A stretch of DNA of 53,898 bases, the filler included, from Catajapyx aquilonaris (taxonomy: Eukaryota), in the NCBI GenBank assembly GCA_000934665.2. It is 3 parts of 3 records of this genome, joined end to end, with 100 filler letters (N's around TTAATTAATTAA, not from the genome) between each part and the next. Parts side by side here need not be neighbours in the genome. Positions count along the whole stretch, not along the records: positions 1 to 17,892 come from JYFJ02006832.1; 2 more parts are not named here. One strand, written 5' to 3'. Below the pieces are notes generated by a model. The model worked only from the letters and a program-made list of their open reading frames with translations. It did no database searches and had not been told where the DNA came from. Position numbers and translations under genes: made by a program. Shown piece after piece: positions 1 to 11,455 of this stretch (position 1 is the first letter of the stretch; each line of letters starts with the position of its first letter).

Positions 1-157
1 TAGCGGAGGGCAAGGGAGTCGAAGAGAAGCGAGTAAGCCGGAGAATAGGCCGGACGTGTATCCAGGTTTAAGAGGAATAAACGCGAGTTGTAAGGTCAAT
101 GTGAGTATTGCTTGAGTGGTCTTGGTTCCCTGTCTAGTTGGACGGGGTTTACTGTCA
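1..157 (+). mobile_element. 3' portion of a probable LTR (truncated by window start) abutting the IR coding sequence
   Basis: AATAAA at 76-81 and an LTR-like end ...GGGGTTTACTGTCA at 157. IR-like coding resumes at 158. No second LTR or TSD is visible. Confidence 0.5.
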
Positions 158-949
158 AATGGTTTTGAACTCACTTTTAAAACTTTGGTTAGAAGTGTTT
201 CGTATCTGTCTAGAGTCGTAGTTGTTCAATATCCACGCATCAAAAATGGCGTTTCTTTATCGTTTATGATTGCCCTAATCTTTTGGGATTTTTTCTCACT
301 CATCATTGGCACCGGATACGTAGCAAAGCTCTTTTATTTCCTCACTTATCCGCCAAGGGAAGGAATACCACAGACCTTTCCGGAGCTAATTAGTTCTAAA
401 TGTTTGGTAAATACCGTGACTCACATAATATACACCCTTCTAGTGTCTGGTGATGCAGATCCTAATGATGTGTTACCTGATCTCATGAAGATGTTAAGGA
501 TTGTGGTGTATCGGCTCTGTATTACGTCTGTACTTGAAGAGAACAGGGTTTGTCTATCAGATGAAAGCACTCTGAAGTACCTCATGCACAAATTGTTGCC
601 TTCGAGTGATGGCACAATCCCTGCATTCATATCAGACGATTCCTTCAGCATCATGCACTTCTCAATTGCCCTGTCCAAGGACAGCGGTTATTCGAGCAAC
701 TTCGACCATTGGGTGCAAGTGTACAACAGCATTGGTCTCAGTGTAAAGAGAAATCGACTGGACAAGTTCATTAAAATGTGGAATATGGCGAGGTTAGCAG
801 AGAGAGACACTGGGTTGAAAGGGACTGACCACGCAGTATTTTCGATGGAGAAGTTGCAAGGCGCCTTTTGTATTTTAATTGGAGGTTTGGCACTTGCACT
901 TGTCGCCTTCGCAAAAGAAATGCTTTTCCCATGCAAAACATGTTTTTAA
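158..949 (+). pseudogene. Divergent ionotropic receptor (IR), C-terminal half only (pore loop, M3, S2, M4); 5' part missing or displaced
   Basis: VRSVSYLSRVVVVQYP...FWDFFSLIIGTGYVAKLFYFLTYPPREGIPQTFPEL...FSMEKLQGAFCILIGGLALALVAFAKE aligns by eye with the IRs at 25572-29753 (ESIAFVLRHLIEQP...GYKAKLVDFLTTPPREILP...KLSGMFNIWLFGL). There is no ATG and the upstream sequence is LTR-like. Confidence 0.8.
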
Positions 950-2882
950 TTAATGAACCTGGTAAAATTCAACGACTATAAAGCTATTGCATGAATTTTT
1001 ACAAGGAGTAAATATAGGCTGCCGTATAAAAGGAGTAAGAAAAATCCAGATATTCCAGTGTGTCCTGGAGAAAGGCTAATGACTGCAATTAGTGCCTTTT
1101 GCTTGTTTCGGTAATTTTTAAATTTAAAAAATTTGCCGACTAAATGCAGCGTTACGTGCCATAAAGTAAAAATAAGGTAGCCAGCCTGTCTGTTGTCGTT
1201 TCTTGCTTATTAGAGGCAGCAGTATCACACTAATGAGTCAAATTGTTGAAGTAATTATTTTGAAGCTACAGCTATCGTCCACAGTAGTGAAAAGTATGGT
1301 GAAGAATCAGCCCCTTTTCTTATTTTAGTACTATGGCAATGTCGCAATGTTTCACCTCAAATGGCACTACAGGTTGATATTATGGGATTTCATAGTCCGT
1401 TGGACTACAATGTTCGACATGGCTTCCCACAGATTCGCATCGTATCGCACGATAATGAGATGTTTCCAAAGCACGTTTGAGGCAACCGAACAATGTCGAT
1501 TATGTGTAGGTCGACATACCTGCGTCGTGATGACATGATGTGTCGTTGCTGGTGCCAAACTCTTCACTTAAACATTCATGTTGCATTATCTTTCCAGCTA
1601 TTTCTCATCCATGCTTCTGGAAAATTCTTCGAAGTCTATAATATTTTCTTCGGTGACGTCATAAAACCGCTATTCCCCACACTGAAGTACAAATGATACT
1701 TTTGTGAACCAAAGACTCGTATTTACCTCCGCAGTGTGTGTACAATTTTGTATACTGTACCTGTAAATAAATTGTGTACATTACGTGATAATTCTTATTC
1801 ATCAAAATGCAACGGCGAGGCCTTTTATTGGTGAGTGAACGATGTTGTGTTGGCTGGACTTGATAGCGGTGCTTAAAATTTTGGAACCAAAACTCTAATT
1901 CAGTACTCCATTTTTACATTATCTGATAGATCTGACGTCGCATATTTCGGATACGCAAAAAAAACTGTTGAAATGTGCAACACATTTTTTAAACACTCGT
2001 TTACGCCACCTGATTTTTTGAGTTGCAATTTTTGATGTGAGAGCACACTATTGATTGTGATTTTGAAAATTCATATAATGGGACATCTCACTATGCAAAG
2101 ATCAATATTTTATTTCCAATTTTCATATGTCAATGTTAAAATATTTCACTAAATATTTATTCGCTTAGCAAGAATAATAAACCGCGATATTAAAATAATG
2201 CACAAGAATGTATTCATGCATTTAAAAGATATATACTGTACGCGTATATGCCACATCCCCATTACTCCACAGTTTATGACCATGGTAAACTACAATCATA
2301 GGTGTAGAGACGGTGCTACAATGGTAAAAAAAGGTATTGATGTCACTTACTCAATTATTTAATTATTGCTTCGCGATTGGACTGTTATCAGAAACAACAG
2401 CATACTGTTTCCTATATTAATGAGGACCTTGTCATTTATTAGGTTCGCTGTGCATCAAGAGTGAAGTGGCAGGGTATGACACCATCGACAAGCACTGTTG
2501 GAAAGACACAAATGGTTGCTTAAGACATTTTGCAATAATATCCGGTACTTATTATGTACTTACTGTTAGTGGGGAAACATCTAAGTTTGATTTGAATCTC
2601 GAAGAAAATCTTTAAAAATGGCTCCCACGTTAACTATTCTGCGGTGATGATTGCCAATTTAATAATTCAAGGGGAGAAGGAGGATTGGACAACTAGGCAA
2701 CTAGGACGAAGTGTGACTGGGGGAGGGGGGGAGGGGAAGAGAGATATATTTTAAGACAAAAAAACATGATGACATACGATAATATACAGACGACCCCCGT
2801 AAGATTAGCACTTCTCGATTGTTTGATGAAATGATAACACAAAGCGTGGTGCCACCCTTTTGTTTACATGTGTTGATCAATA

Positions 2883-3774
2883 CACTCACGTTAATGAGAG
2901 CTGAAAATGTGTTATTTTCAGGTGTCAATGGTGGCCTTTTATGGGGGGCCAGTTGTGTGATCGATGGTAAATTCAGATTTTGAGTGGTTTCTTCATGTTA
3001 TTCACATAGGATTAATTACTTATTCTGGAATTACTTTTGATCAGGTTTGTACAGGTTTTGTATTTTCACGCGAGTACCTATAAATCGGAAGAAATGTTAA
3101 CCAGGTACTTGGTTCACTTGACGGGAATCTCATGAAGCTTGCATAACGATCAGTATAATTCATTCAAGTCAGTGGTCGGTATTTTTTTAAGATGCGGTGC
3201 TACATGTGACCAATAAGTATAATAAGTGTATCAGTCGGTTAAAGGATTACCTTTCCACATGAGGCGGAGAATATATTACCATTATATGTTGGTAATGTCA
3301 TGCTGAAATACAGAAGTGTACTAGCCACACAGTCACACAGTATAGGGCTACGGATAATCTTTTCAATGAAATATTTATCCTGCTTTTGTCACGTATTTAT
3401 TACTTATTCCATGAATATTCTTCCACAAAATTCATAGTTTAATATTACATGCATGTGCTGCTAATTGACTATGTTTATGTATTCTCCAAAAAGAGTGTAT
3501 TGATAAATGTGGGAGAAGGGGTCCATTGCAAGGGCCCACTCTGGGTAATAAACATACGATTCGATCGATATTCTTTTCGAGGATGTCTTACACTAATTCC
3601 ACTTCATATATAGAGTGTCCGACATGAATTTTTTTCCTTAACGTGTCCATCACTGGGGCACCTACCTTAATCAATGCACTCTCCTTAATGAGAGACGTAA
3701 ATGTGCTCTTTTCACATAACAATGGTAGCCTTTTGGGGGCCAGTTGAGCGATCGATGATAAATTCATATATTTG
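2883..3774. repeat. Two diverged direct copies of a ~100 bp repeat (about 2883-2982 and 3677-3774)
   Basis: Both contain TTAATGAGAG...AAATGTG...CAATGGT.GCCTTTT...GGGGGCCAGTTG.G.GATCGATG.TAAATTCA. Confidence 0.6.
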
Positions 3775-3937
3775 ATTTACAACAAAAATAATGCGACTTC
3801 ATTTGAACTAAAATATTTCATCTTTACACACATACTTCAGCTGCCATTTGCATATTAATCCAGAGAAGAATACGTGTTTCTTACATTAAAAAATAGTACT
3901 CGTGTAATCAGGACAGACAATCATAAATGGATAATAT

Positions 3938-5408
3938 TCAATTGCCCTCTGCACCTCGAAACTGAGCAACAATGACGAGATATGTGGTTGTTGCAGCAGC
4001 CATCTGAAACATGAGGCATGCACGATAGTGTTAGATTCGAGAGCAAAAATAATCTGCATTATGTGCGTGAAGAGGGGCTAGTATGTTAAGCTAATGTAAT
4101 ATGTCATTGTTACTTTTAACGTGATTTGATGCAGGAAACATTGGTACTCCTAAAACCAATAATTACAGATAAAGATAATTATTTAATTAATTATTATCAG
4201 GACTGGTTGCGCTGTATATAATGGGACAAAATAATACTTCACCTGCCTTTATGCAAACTGCGTACGGTTTGGTAAGAACTCACCGTGGTGAGTATTTCCC
4301 TCCTTATTCTGAAGAAGCAGGCAGATATTTCCACTGCAGGATGAGAAACTTTGGCAATCAGATCGCGGATCAATCTCTGATGATGACAGTCGGCGATGCA
4401 CATGTCGACCATACGAAGGTCTTGCAATAGCGACAAAGCCTGTGAGGGAATCAAATTGTTTGGTTAAAAATATAACATACAGTCATATTGCATTGGTTTT
4501 ACCTCACGCGGCAGCCTGTCAAGGATGCATGTGGTGCATATGATTATGCTGGTTTTGGCGAGCGTGACCAGCATAGGATGGAAGCTGATTCGTGTCGTGT
4601 CACCCAGAAGAAGGTAGAAGCTTTCGTACACAACAGCCACAAGAAGATTCAGATAAGTGGCTGCCAGTGCCAGGCCATATGTCTGATTGACATGGTCGAC
4701 TGTGACGCAAAGGTGCGTGAATGCACCGCTCAGATGCGTCAAAGGCTGAAGATGCGTCTTTTGAAACACCGTTTTCGGGTTGTCGGCTATTGGAAAAGCG
4801 CTGGGCATCTCCAGGAGAATGTCGCGAATTCCTTGCGAAACGGATGCGAAACGAAGCCGGATTGACTCTGAGAAAAACGCGGCTTGGATCAGCGACAAGG
4901 ACGGAATGAAAGCGCATATTTCTAACAGTATGGCTACGAAATAAGCCCCTACACGAACTTCCTTGGTGAAACTGCACGAAATTATATGGACCAAGAGGAC
5001 CATGTGCCAAGTGAAGACGTACACTCGCGATGCTATCCTCATCTTCCTATTGACCTCATCGCTTCCTGTCATTACACTGTCGAAGTCGTGCAGCCTCATT
5101 AAAAGGTCACGGATTGACAGGAAGTTGACCTGAAGGATGACATACACGGTCAGCGCACCCCAGTTCAAGCCGATGTACTCCAGAGTTTGCATTACATGCT
5201 CCACGGTTTTCAAGTAAAAATGGATCCAGTTATTGAGGCTATACGTGTCCATGTTTATTGCTAGGTTGAAGCTGGCAATTATAGCCGGGCCCAGGAGGAC
5301 AAATATCCAGTTCCTTTGGTGCGGGTTTTCGCGCGTGTTGGCAACTGGAAAGAGTCCGAATATCCTGGAAGTGAGGGCCACTGGACGAAATGAATCGTAC
5401 ACGTCCAT
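3938..5408 (-). CDS. Gustatory receptor (7tm_7 family), 3 exons: 5408-4503, 4439-4284, 4003-3938; about 375 aa
   Basis: N-terminus MDVYDSFRPVALTSRIFGLFP is typical of insect GRs. Phase-0 GT-AG introns join ...LDRLPRE|ALSLLQ...ISACFFRIRREILTT|MAAATTTYLVIVAQFRGAEGN*, which contains the GR TM7 signature TYhhhhhQF. Confidence 0.9.
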
Positions 5409-5631
5409 GGTCCGGTCAGAACGGGTCAGAAATAAATGTCCTCTTTCTTTTGACAAATAATTTGCACACCCGTCAATCAGTGACAGTTTACGTCAGGTGT
5501 GGCAAGGTGCTTTCACCTGATTATGGGTGCGGACAACTCCACATCGCATATATGACCATTAGCGCTGTGACATTGAAAAATGTATGATGAGATTATGACA
5601 TTTAAATTGATTGATCAAGAGAGGAGACCAA

Positions 5632-6285
5632 GTTAAGGCTCGTGGTGTATATCGTTGCTGTATTCTGTCCGCACTTGAAGAGAACAGGGTTTGTTTAAAG
5701 GCTACGGACTTCTTAGAGTGAACAGACACGCCCCCCCGGGCGAACCAATGGGGTCGCTGTAACCGTGGGTCACAGTAAGGTTGCCAGGCGAAATACATAT
5801 AATACAATAGAGACAATAATATGGAGGTTTGTTTGGGGGCGGGGCCATGGGCCCAGCAGTTCACTCTAAGGAATCCGTTGCCTATATCAGATGAAATTAT
5901 TCTGAAGTTACCTCATAAACAAATTGTGGCCTTCCAGTGACGGAATAATCCCTGCATCAGTGTGTCCTGGAGAAAGGCTAATGACTGCAATTTGCAATTA
6001 GTTCCTTTTCGCCTACTAAATGCAGCGTTACTTGCCATAAAATAACAATATAGAGTAGCCAGTCTGTTCACGTTTCTTGCTTATTAGAGGCAGCAGTATC
6101 ACACTAATGAGTCCAATTGTTGAAGTCATTATATTGAAGCCACTGCTATCGTTAACAGTTAGTGAAAAGTATGACGACGAACCCCTGTTCTTACTTTAGT
6201 AATATGGCAATGTCTCAATGTTTCACCTCAAATGGCACTACAGGTTGATATTATGGGATTTCATATAGTCCGTTGGACATACAAT
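5632..6285 (+). pseudogene. Decayed duplicate of the IR 3' coding region and 3' flank (homologous to about 493-627 and 1057-1411)
   Basis: Direct nucleotide similarity, e.g. CTTGAAGAGAACAGGGTTTGT, ATCAGATGAAA, GTGTGTCCTGGAGAAAGGCTAATGACTGCAATT, CAAATGGCACTACAGGTTGATATTATGGGATTTCATA. It has a ~430 bp internal deletion, frameshifts and a MITE insertion. Confidence 0.85.
5698..5884. mobile_element. MITE with ~26 bp imperfect TIRs and TA target duplication, inserted in the IR relic
   Basis: Ends AAGGCTACGGACTTCTTAGAGTGAAC / GTTCACTCTAAGGAATCCGTTGCCTA with TA on both sides. The empty site is visible in the paralog at about 550-560. Confidence 0.8.
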
Positions 6286-6674
6286 TGTCGCGCCGCAGCA
6301 AGATGCACTTATTTTATGCTTTTATTTAAGATACACATTTTGTTCCAACTCCCCCACATCATTCCCAACCCTTCCGACCCCCCGTTGGGCGAACCTACAT
6401 GGGGCAACCCCAAAAGATGCTCGACTAGGGCCGAGCCAGAGTGACGTCACTAGAGAGGGATGTGACGTGTTTTCGCCAGAGGCGATACCCACAGCTGCCA
6501 ACGTGAGAGTGCTTGAGAGCAACTTTTGGGTTGGTAGCAGTGGGTACCAGGCAGGCGAGTAGTATAATCCTGGCTGCAGGGCGAGCGAGAATTGAGGGTG
6601 CCAAGGCCGATACCCAGGGCTGTTAACATTGTGGAAACTACATGTTAAGTTGGCACTTGGCCTCGGTGACGACA
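6286..6674 (-). mobile_element. Probable solo LTR (~389 bp)
   Basis: TGTCG...CGACA termini, AATAAA on the minus strand near its 3' end, GC-richer than flanks. No PBS or PPT and no matching TSD. Confidence 0.6.
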
Positions 6675-7202
6675 TGTATACACACGGGATTCATTATTAT
6701 TATTAAAGACTATAAATCAGCCGAAAAAAAGCCGCGCCTCGGGAGACTATGTTCGGACTATGTACTGCTGCTCCGTAAGGACAAATTTGTGAAGAATAAA
6801 AACACCTGCATCAAATCTACAGCACAATATCAGACGCGATGATGCGCGATGATGATGCTCTCAGCTCCAAAATTCATATCACCTTCATTTTTATAGTCAC
6901 TTATCCACATTTCATTACTAATAGTAAAATATTCAAAGATTGCAGTCCTCTATATAGTATGAATTAATGGAGCAAGATGTGTAATGACGATATGGTTTTG
7001 CTCCTGGAAATGTGCATGCTGCACTGCCATATACCGTACCGGTATAGATCTTGAAATATACCTAGTGAAAGAATTTTTGGCATGGACTAGGTTTTGAATG
7101 TGATAACTTATAAGCATCATTTATGGCTCAAATTGTTTCATATAGTGAGGTTCATGTAGGTTCCAGAGAAGATATATTGTATATAGAAATATTAGGTGAT
7201 TT

Positions 7203-7239
7203 TAGGGGGTCGCAGGTGCAAAAAGGTTGGGAACCCCTG
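7203..7239. mobile_element. Orphan hAT (Charlie-like) MITE terminus
   Basis: GGGGGTCGC...AAAAAGGTTGGGAACCCCTG resembles the right end of the hAT MITE at 48970-49201. Confidence 0.45.
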
Positions 7240-7464
7240 GTCTATGTGGACATCTGAGAATGCACCTTTGGAACCTCCTTCTTTGTCAAATTACCACAAT
7301 CTGGACACAGTGAGCAGCTAGTGTTATCAAGCTTGGTGTTATGTATACTCACTGTGGGATTTCATGCACCACAGTGTTCAAAAGATCAAAATAATGCAAA
7401 AGTACGTTTTTGGCTACTGCATGTCATTATAAGCACATCACAGAATCATACATCACCTACAATC

Positions 7465-7719
7465 ATATGAGTACCTTAAAGGAACAGTGGTCTATGTTAC
7501 AAGTTCAATATACCCTGCACTGCACACATCAGTGAGGTGTGGATATGCATCAAACATTAACTACTACTGCTTGCCTTCTTGCTTTTGTGTTATTCAGGCA
7601 TGCCATAGGCATATATGATATATGGTGCGCGTTTTGCTGGTGTAAAAGGTCTGTGCTGGTGAGAAGGCCATTGTCTTAACCTGTCTTACCATGCCACTGT
7701 CCCTTTAAGGTACTCATAT
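7465..7719. mobile_element. MITE with 26 bp TIRs
   Basis: ATATGAGTACCTTAAAGGAACAGTGG ... CCACTGTCCCTTTAAGGTACTCATAT (1 mismatch). Confidence 0.7.
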
Positions 7720-8659
7720 ATGTTTGAGTGTTCTGAAACTTTATCAAAATGCCTTGCTTCTTAGAAGGACATCTCTATGTTACGAGTTCATAGTCCTGAC
7801 TTATTTGCATGTATAATAATTATTATATGTTATGGTATTCATATGTTATTGATTTTATCATCCCAAACGGTTTCAATGATTTCTTTGAAATGTTGACTGC
7901 CATCAATTTTAAGTCTACTTTGGGAATTTAGCTTAGCATTATTATTCTGCGTCAATATGATAAATTTTCAGAGAATTAGCCTGGCACAAGAGGGAATGGT
8001 GGGCTTAGCCAAATGATGTGTAGGAAGAAGATATGAATCTTAAGAAACATGCTTCATGCAGCAGAGATAGAGGGACATGTCTTTGCACGGGTTTAATTAT
8101 TGTGATTATCCCATTTACCCACTTTCGAAATCAATTATCACTGAGACTGTGGTTTAATATGAATATTAATAAAAGCAAGCATTAGTAATTAATAATAATT
8201 AATGTAGACCTATCCAACATTATAAACATTATAAACATATTTCGACCTTCACAACAGCAATTACAGTGAGTCTAATCTTAACATTTTTGTCCAGGTGCAA
8301 AGTTTGCACTTCAAACTTTTTCATCTGGAGTGCATAATTATATTATTACTTACCTGGAGTGCAATAATGGGTAACCTTCAAAAACCTAACTGTGTTAAAG
8401 CATGCACATTAAAAAGAATAAATAACTTTCAAGCTAATGTGTATTTAGTCACTGACTGTGTATACAGTATATTCTAACAAGCAAATATAAATACATTAGT
8501 GTTAGTCACTCAGCTCCTGCTTCTCTGTAAACCTGTAACAAAGTCATTTGTGAGACTGCCACATTACTGTCTGCACTATCAACACTTTTCCTGTCATCAT
8601 CAGTTTGCATCGTAGCCTGTCTTTGAGAAAGTAGATACCATAATATGGTGCAACTTTAG

Positions 8660-9660
8660 TTCAGTGCCTTCTTTTGCCAGAGTTGGACCATATCTGACCA
8701 CTGTTTCTCAAGCATTGTATGCAGTAAAGTCTGTCCATCCACTCATCCAGGCTGATTCTCATGATATTATGGTATATGATGATATATCAGATATGGTACA
8801 GGATGTGCCCAGTTTACAGGCCAGAAGTCTCCCATAATACTCTTGGCATAATATTGAAAAACCCCTTTCAACATTGGCTGTGCTCACTGGAATCAAGAGA
8901 CCTAACTGCACAATATGTAATACAATCTTACATTAGGTCAATAATATTAGTGCTCATTTGTTGACGGTTTTATTTTGGAAGTTTGCATGTTAAAAAGCAG
9001 GACCAACTGGCTCAGTTTGGAGTGCAGACACAATAATTTTGGAGTGTAAATTGCACCTTTGCATCTGAATTTTTCAACTCCTGGCAATACTTGGGAAGTC
9101 ATGTACTCTACACTGTCTACAGGAAGGGTCCATACATGCCCCAAACTGATAATGCAAATTTATTCACATACCGGTAATGCATCATTTTATCAGGCAAGAT
9201 TAGGCAAGTTTGGTATAGTACGGTTCTTGCACAAAATGGCTCCTGATGGTCTCAAAGTGCGCATTTTTGTACATTTGCAGAAGGATGTTTTGGACTGTAA
9301 GGCAAAGGCTGGTCCATCAAATCAGTCCAATGGTGGCGTGACAATACAGCAAATACTTTTCTTGTAATGATCTTTTGTGGAACTCGAACAAACTCTTGCC
9401 ACTCCCTACCAGGAAATAAAATGGCATTGGCATGTTTTCAAGATTTAAAATAATAATTCTCTATAGAGATATGAATAGACTAGATTTTACATTGGCGAAC
9501 TCAGCACTTTTACCTATTTCCTTGGCTTGGATCTGCTGAAAATACATCTGCATCTGCCAGTAAGGAAGGTTAGGTCATGGATTGTTGGTACAAAGTGCCT
9601 CCAAAATTCGGTCAGCCAGTATGAAAGTCCTTCCAGTGAATATGCCATTTTGTAGACCAT
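8660..9660 (-). pseudogene. Fossil hAT transposase (C-terminal dimerisation region recognisable; boundaries approximate)
   Basis: Minus strand 8905-8849 reads LGLLIPVSTANVERGFSIL (hAT dimerisation motif LPVSTAxxERxFS), followed by IMRISLD and IWSNSGKRRH*. Many stops and frameshifts. Confidence 0.7.
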
Positions 9661-11455
9661 TCATATTTAAAATATGCAATACGTTACTGTCCCTACTAAG
9701 CATTATCTCAAAAGATGAAAAAATAATTTTCCCCTATTGGACATAATGCTAATGTTTGGCAAATAATGTTGATTTTTTTTTTCCACCAAAAATAATCTAG
9801 ACTGGCTGTAGATTCATATTATGGTTTTGCAGTCCCCATCCAGTTTGATCTCTATGAAGACCTAGCATGGGAACCACATGGACCCTTTCAATATTCACAT
9901 ATCAGAGGTGCAGCTACGTTTCCTGCTTATAAGGTAACTTTGAATCAATGTGTCAGGAACCACGTACTTGCTTGAATACAAGGCCACAAAAAAAGCACAT
10001 TTAGAATCCTGTAAGAGAAAGATCCTACAGCAGACTGCTTTAGTTCTTGCTCTTGATTAGTGAGAGAGTTCCCCAAGGACCCAGCAATCTTATTGATATG
10101 AAGCCTCATTTAAAAAAATTATCCAAATATAAATTATTTCACACAAATGCATGAGCACATGTTTGTCCAAGTTTAGGTAGCACATCCAGCTGAGTTGCCT
10201 GGCAATGAGGAAGCACATATGATATTGATTTGTTGCACATAACTCAGGCTTGTTTGGAGTTCCTGTTACAGGACTTTAGGGAAACTTTTAGTAATACATA
10301 TCAATCTAGCTTTCTTGAGCATTATCCTCCATGTTTTAGTTACTGAAGTGCTAGTTCCTTTTTGCTGTAAGAGACCACTCACCAGAACTCAGGTTTGTTG
10401 GCAATCTGGGACAACTTGTACATAAATTTTGGAGGTGCTTGCAAAAGCCAAATATGAGTGGACTTGACATGTCATGATGCCAAAGAATAGGAAAGCCACG
10501 AAAATTAAATTTCAAAACTACCGTTCTAATTTTGTCAAAGATCAGAATTTTTTCCCTCTTTCAATGGAAACAACACACTGAAATGAAAGCAATATGCTAG
10601 AAGTAGTCAGTCATACAAGAAGTGAATTTGTTAAAAAACACAAGTGATTTAATTTCACAAAAAGGTACAATTGATTGAAATATACAGTATATCCATACAT
10701 TTATACCTGAAACGTAAGGGTACAAAATTCAGGAACATCATTTTAACTTGCATATAACATCGTGCAATTTTTACAAGTGTAAAGAATTATAACAGTGCCA
10801 CACACATCTGTGGAAATGTTCACTGAAAAGAGATAGACAAAGAACTTGCAACAGCACAGGAAAAAAAAAGGCAGGCAAATTTTCAAAGGAAATTCTCATG
10901 AACCTTTCCAAGGCACCCAAGAGGTAGTCCACAGGCCTCGTTGTTTTTTTTTTTTTTAACGGGGATCCTCGCCAAGAGCCCTATGTACCCCGGACTTACA
11001 CTAACTGCAGTTCCATGCATGAAATGGTAAGGAATATACAAACACAAAGGTTTTCAAATAGAATAACAAATGGAATCAAATTTTAAGCACACAGCACTAC
11101 GTAAATATAGGACGTTAAATATAAATGTGAGAAAGAAATGCCACATAGCCAATAAAAAGTAATACATATAACCAGCAATAACCTGGAAAAAAAAGAAGTT
11201 ACAAATTAAATCATGAAAGTAAATAATGAGCATGATATATATAAAGCTAATCATTAACAAGCCAAAACACAAAGGTGAAACGTAAGTGAAAAAAACAAAT
11301 TATATTAACCTGGAGTCCAAAGGTCCCAATGTTTTTGAACGGATCACTGAATAAACAAACCACCTGCCTGATGCCATGCTTATGATACAACGTGCAATTC
11401 TGGAGCCAATATCTCAATTCTCATCCACATGTTTCCATAATCATTCTGAATTAAA

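Noticed and set aside
116..157. GTG start and first 14 codons of ORF 116-949
   Set aside because: They derive from the LTR-like sequence and show no IR similarity.
4221..5460. Antisense and alternate-frame ORFs over the GR
   Set aside because: Shadow ORFs of a GC-balanced coding region with no recognisable motifs.
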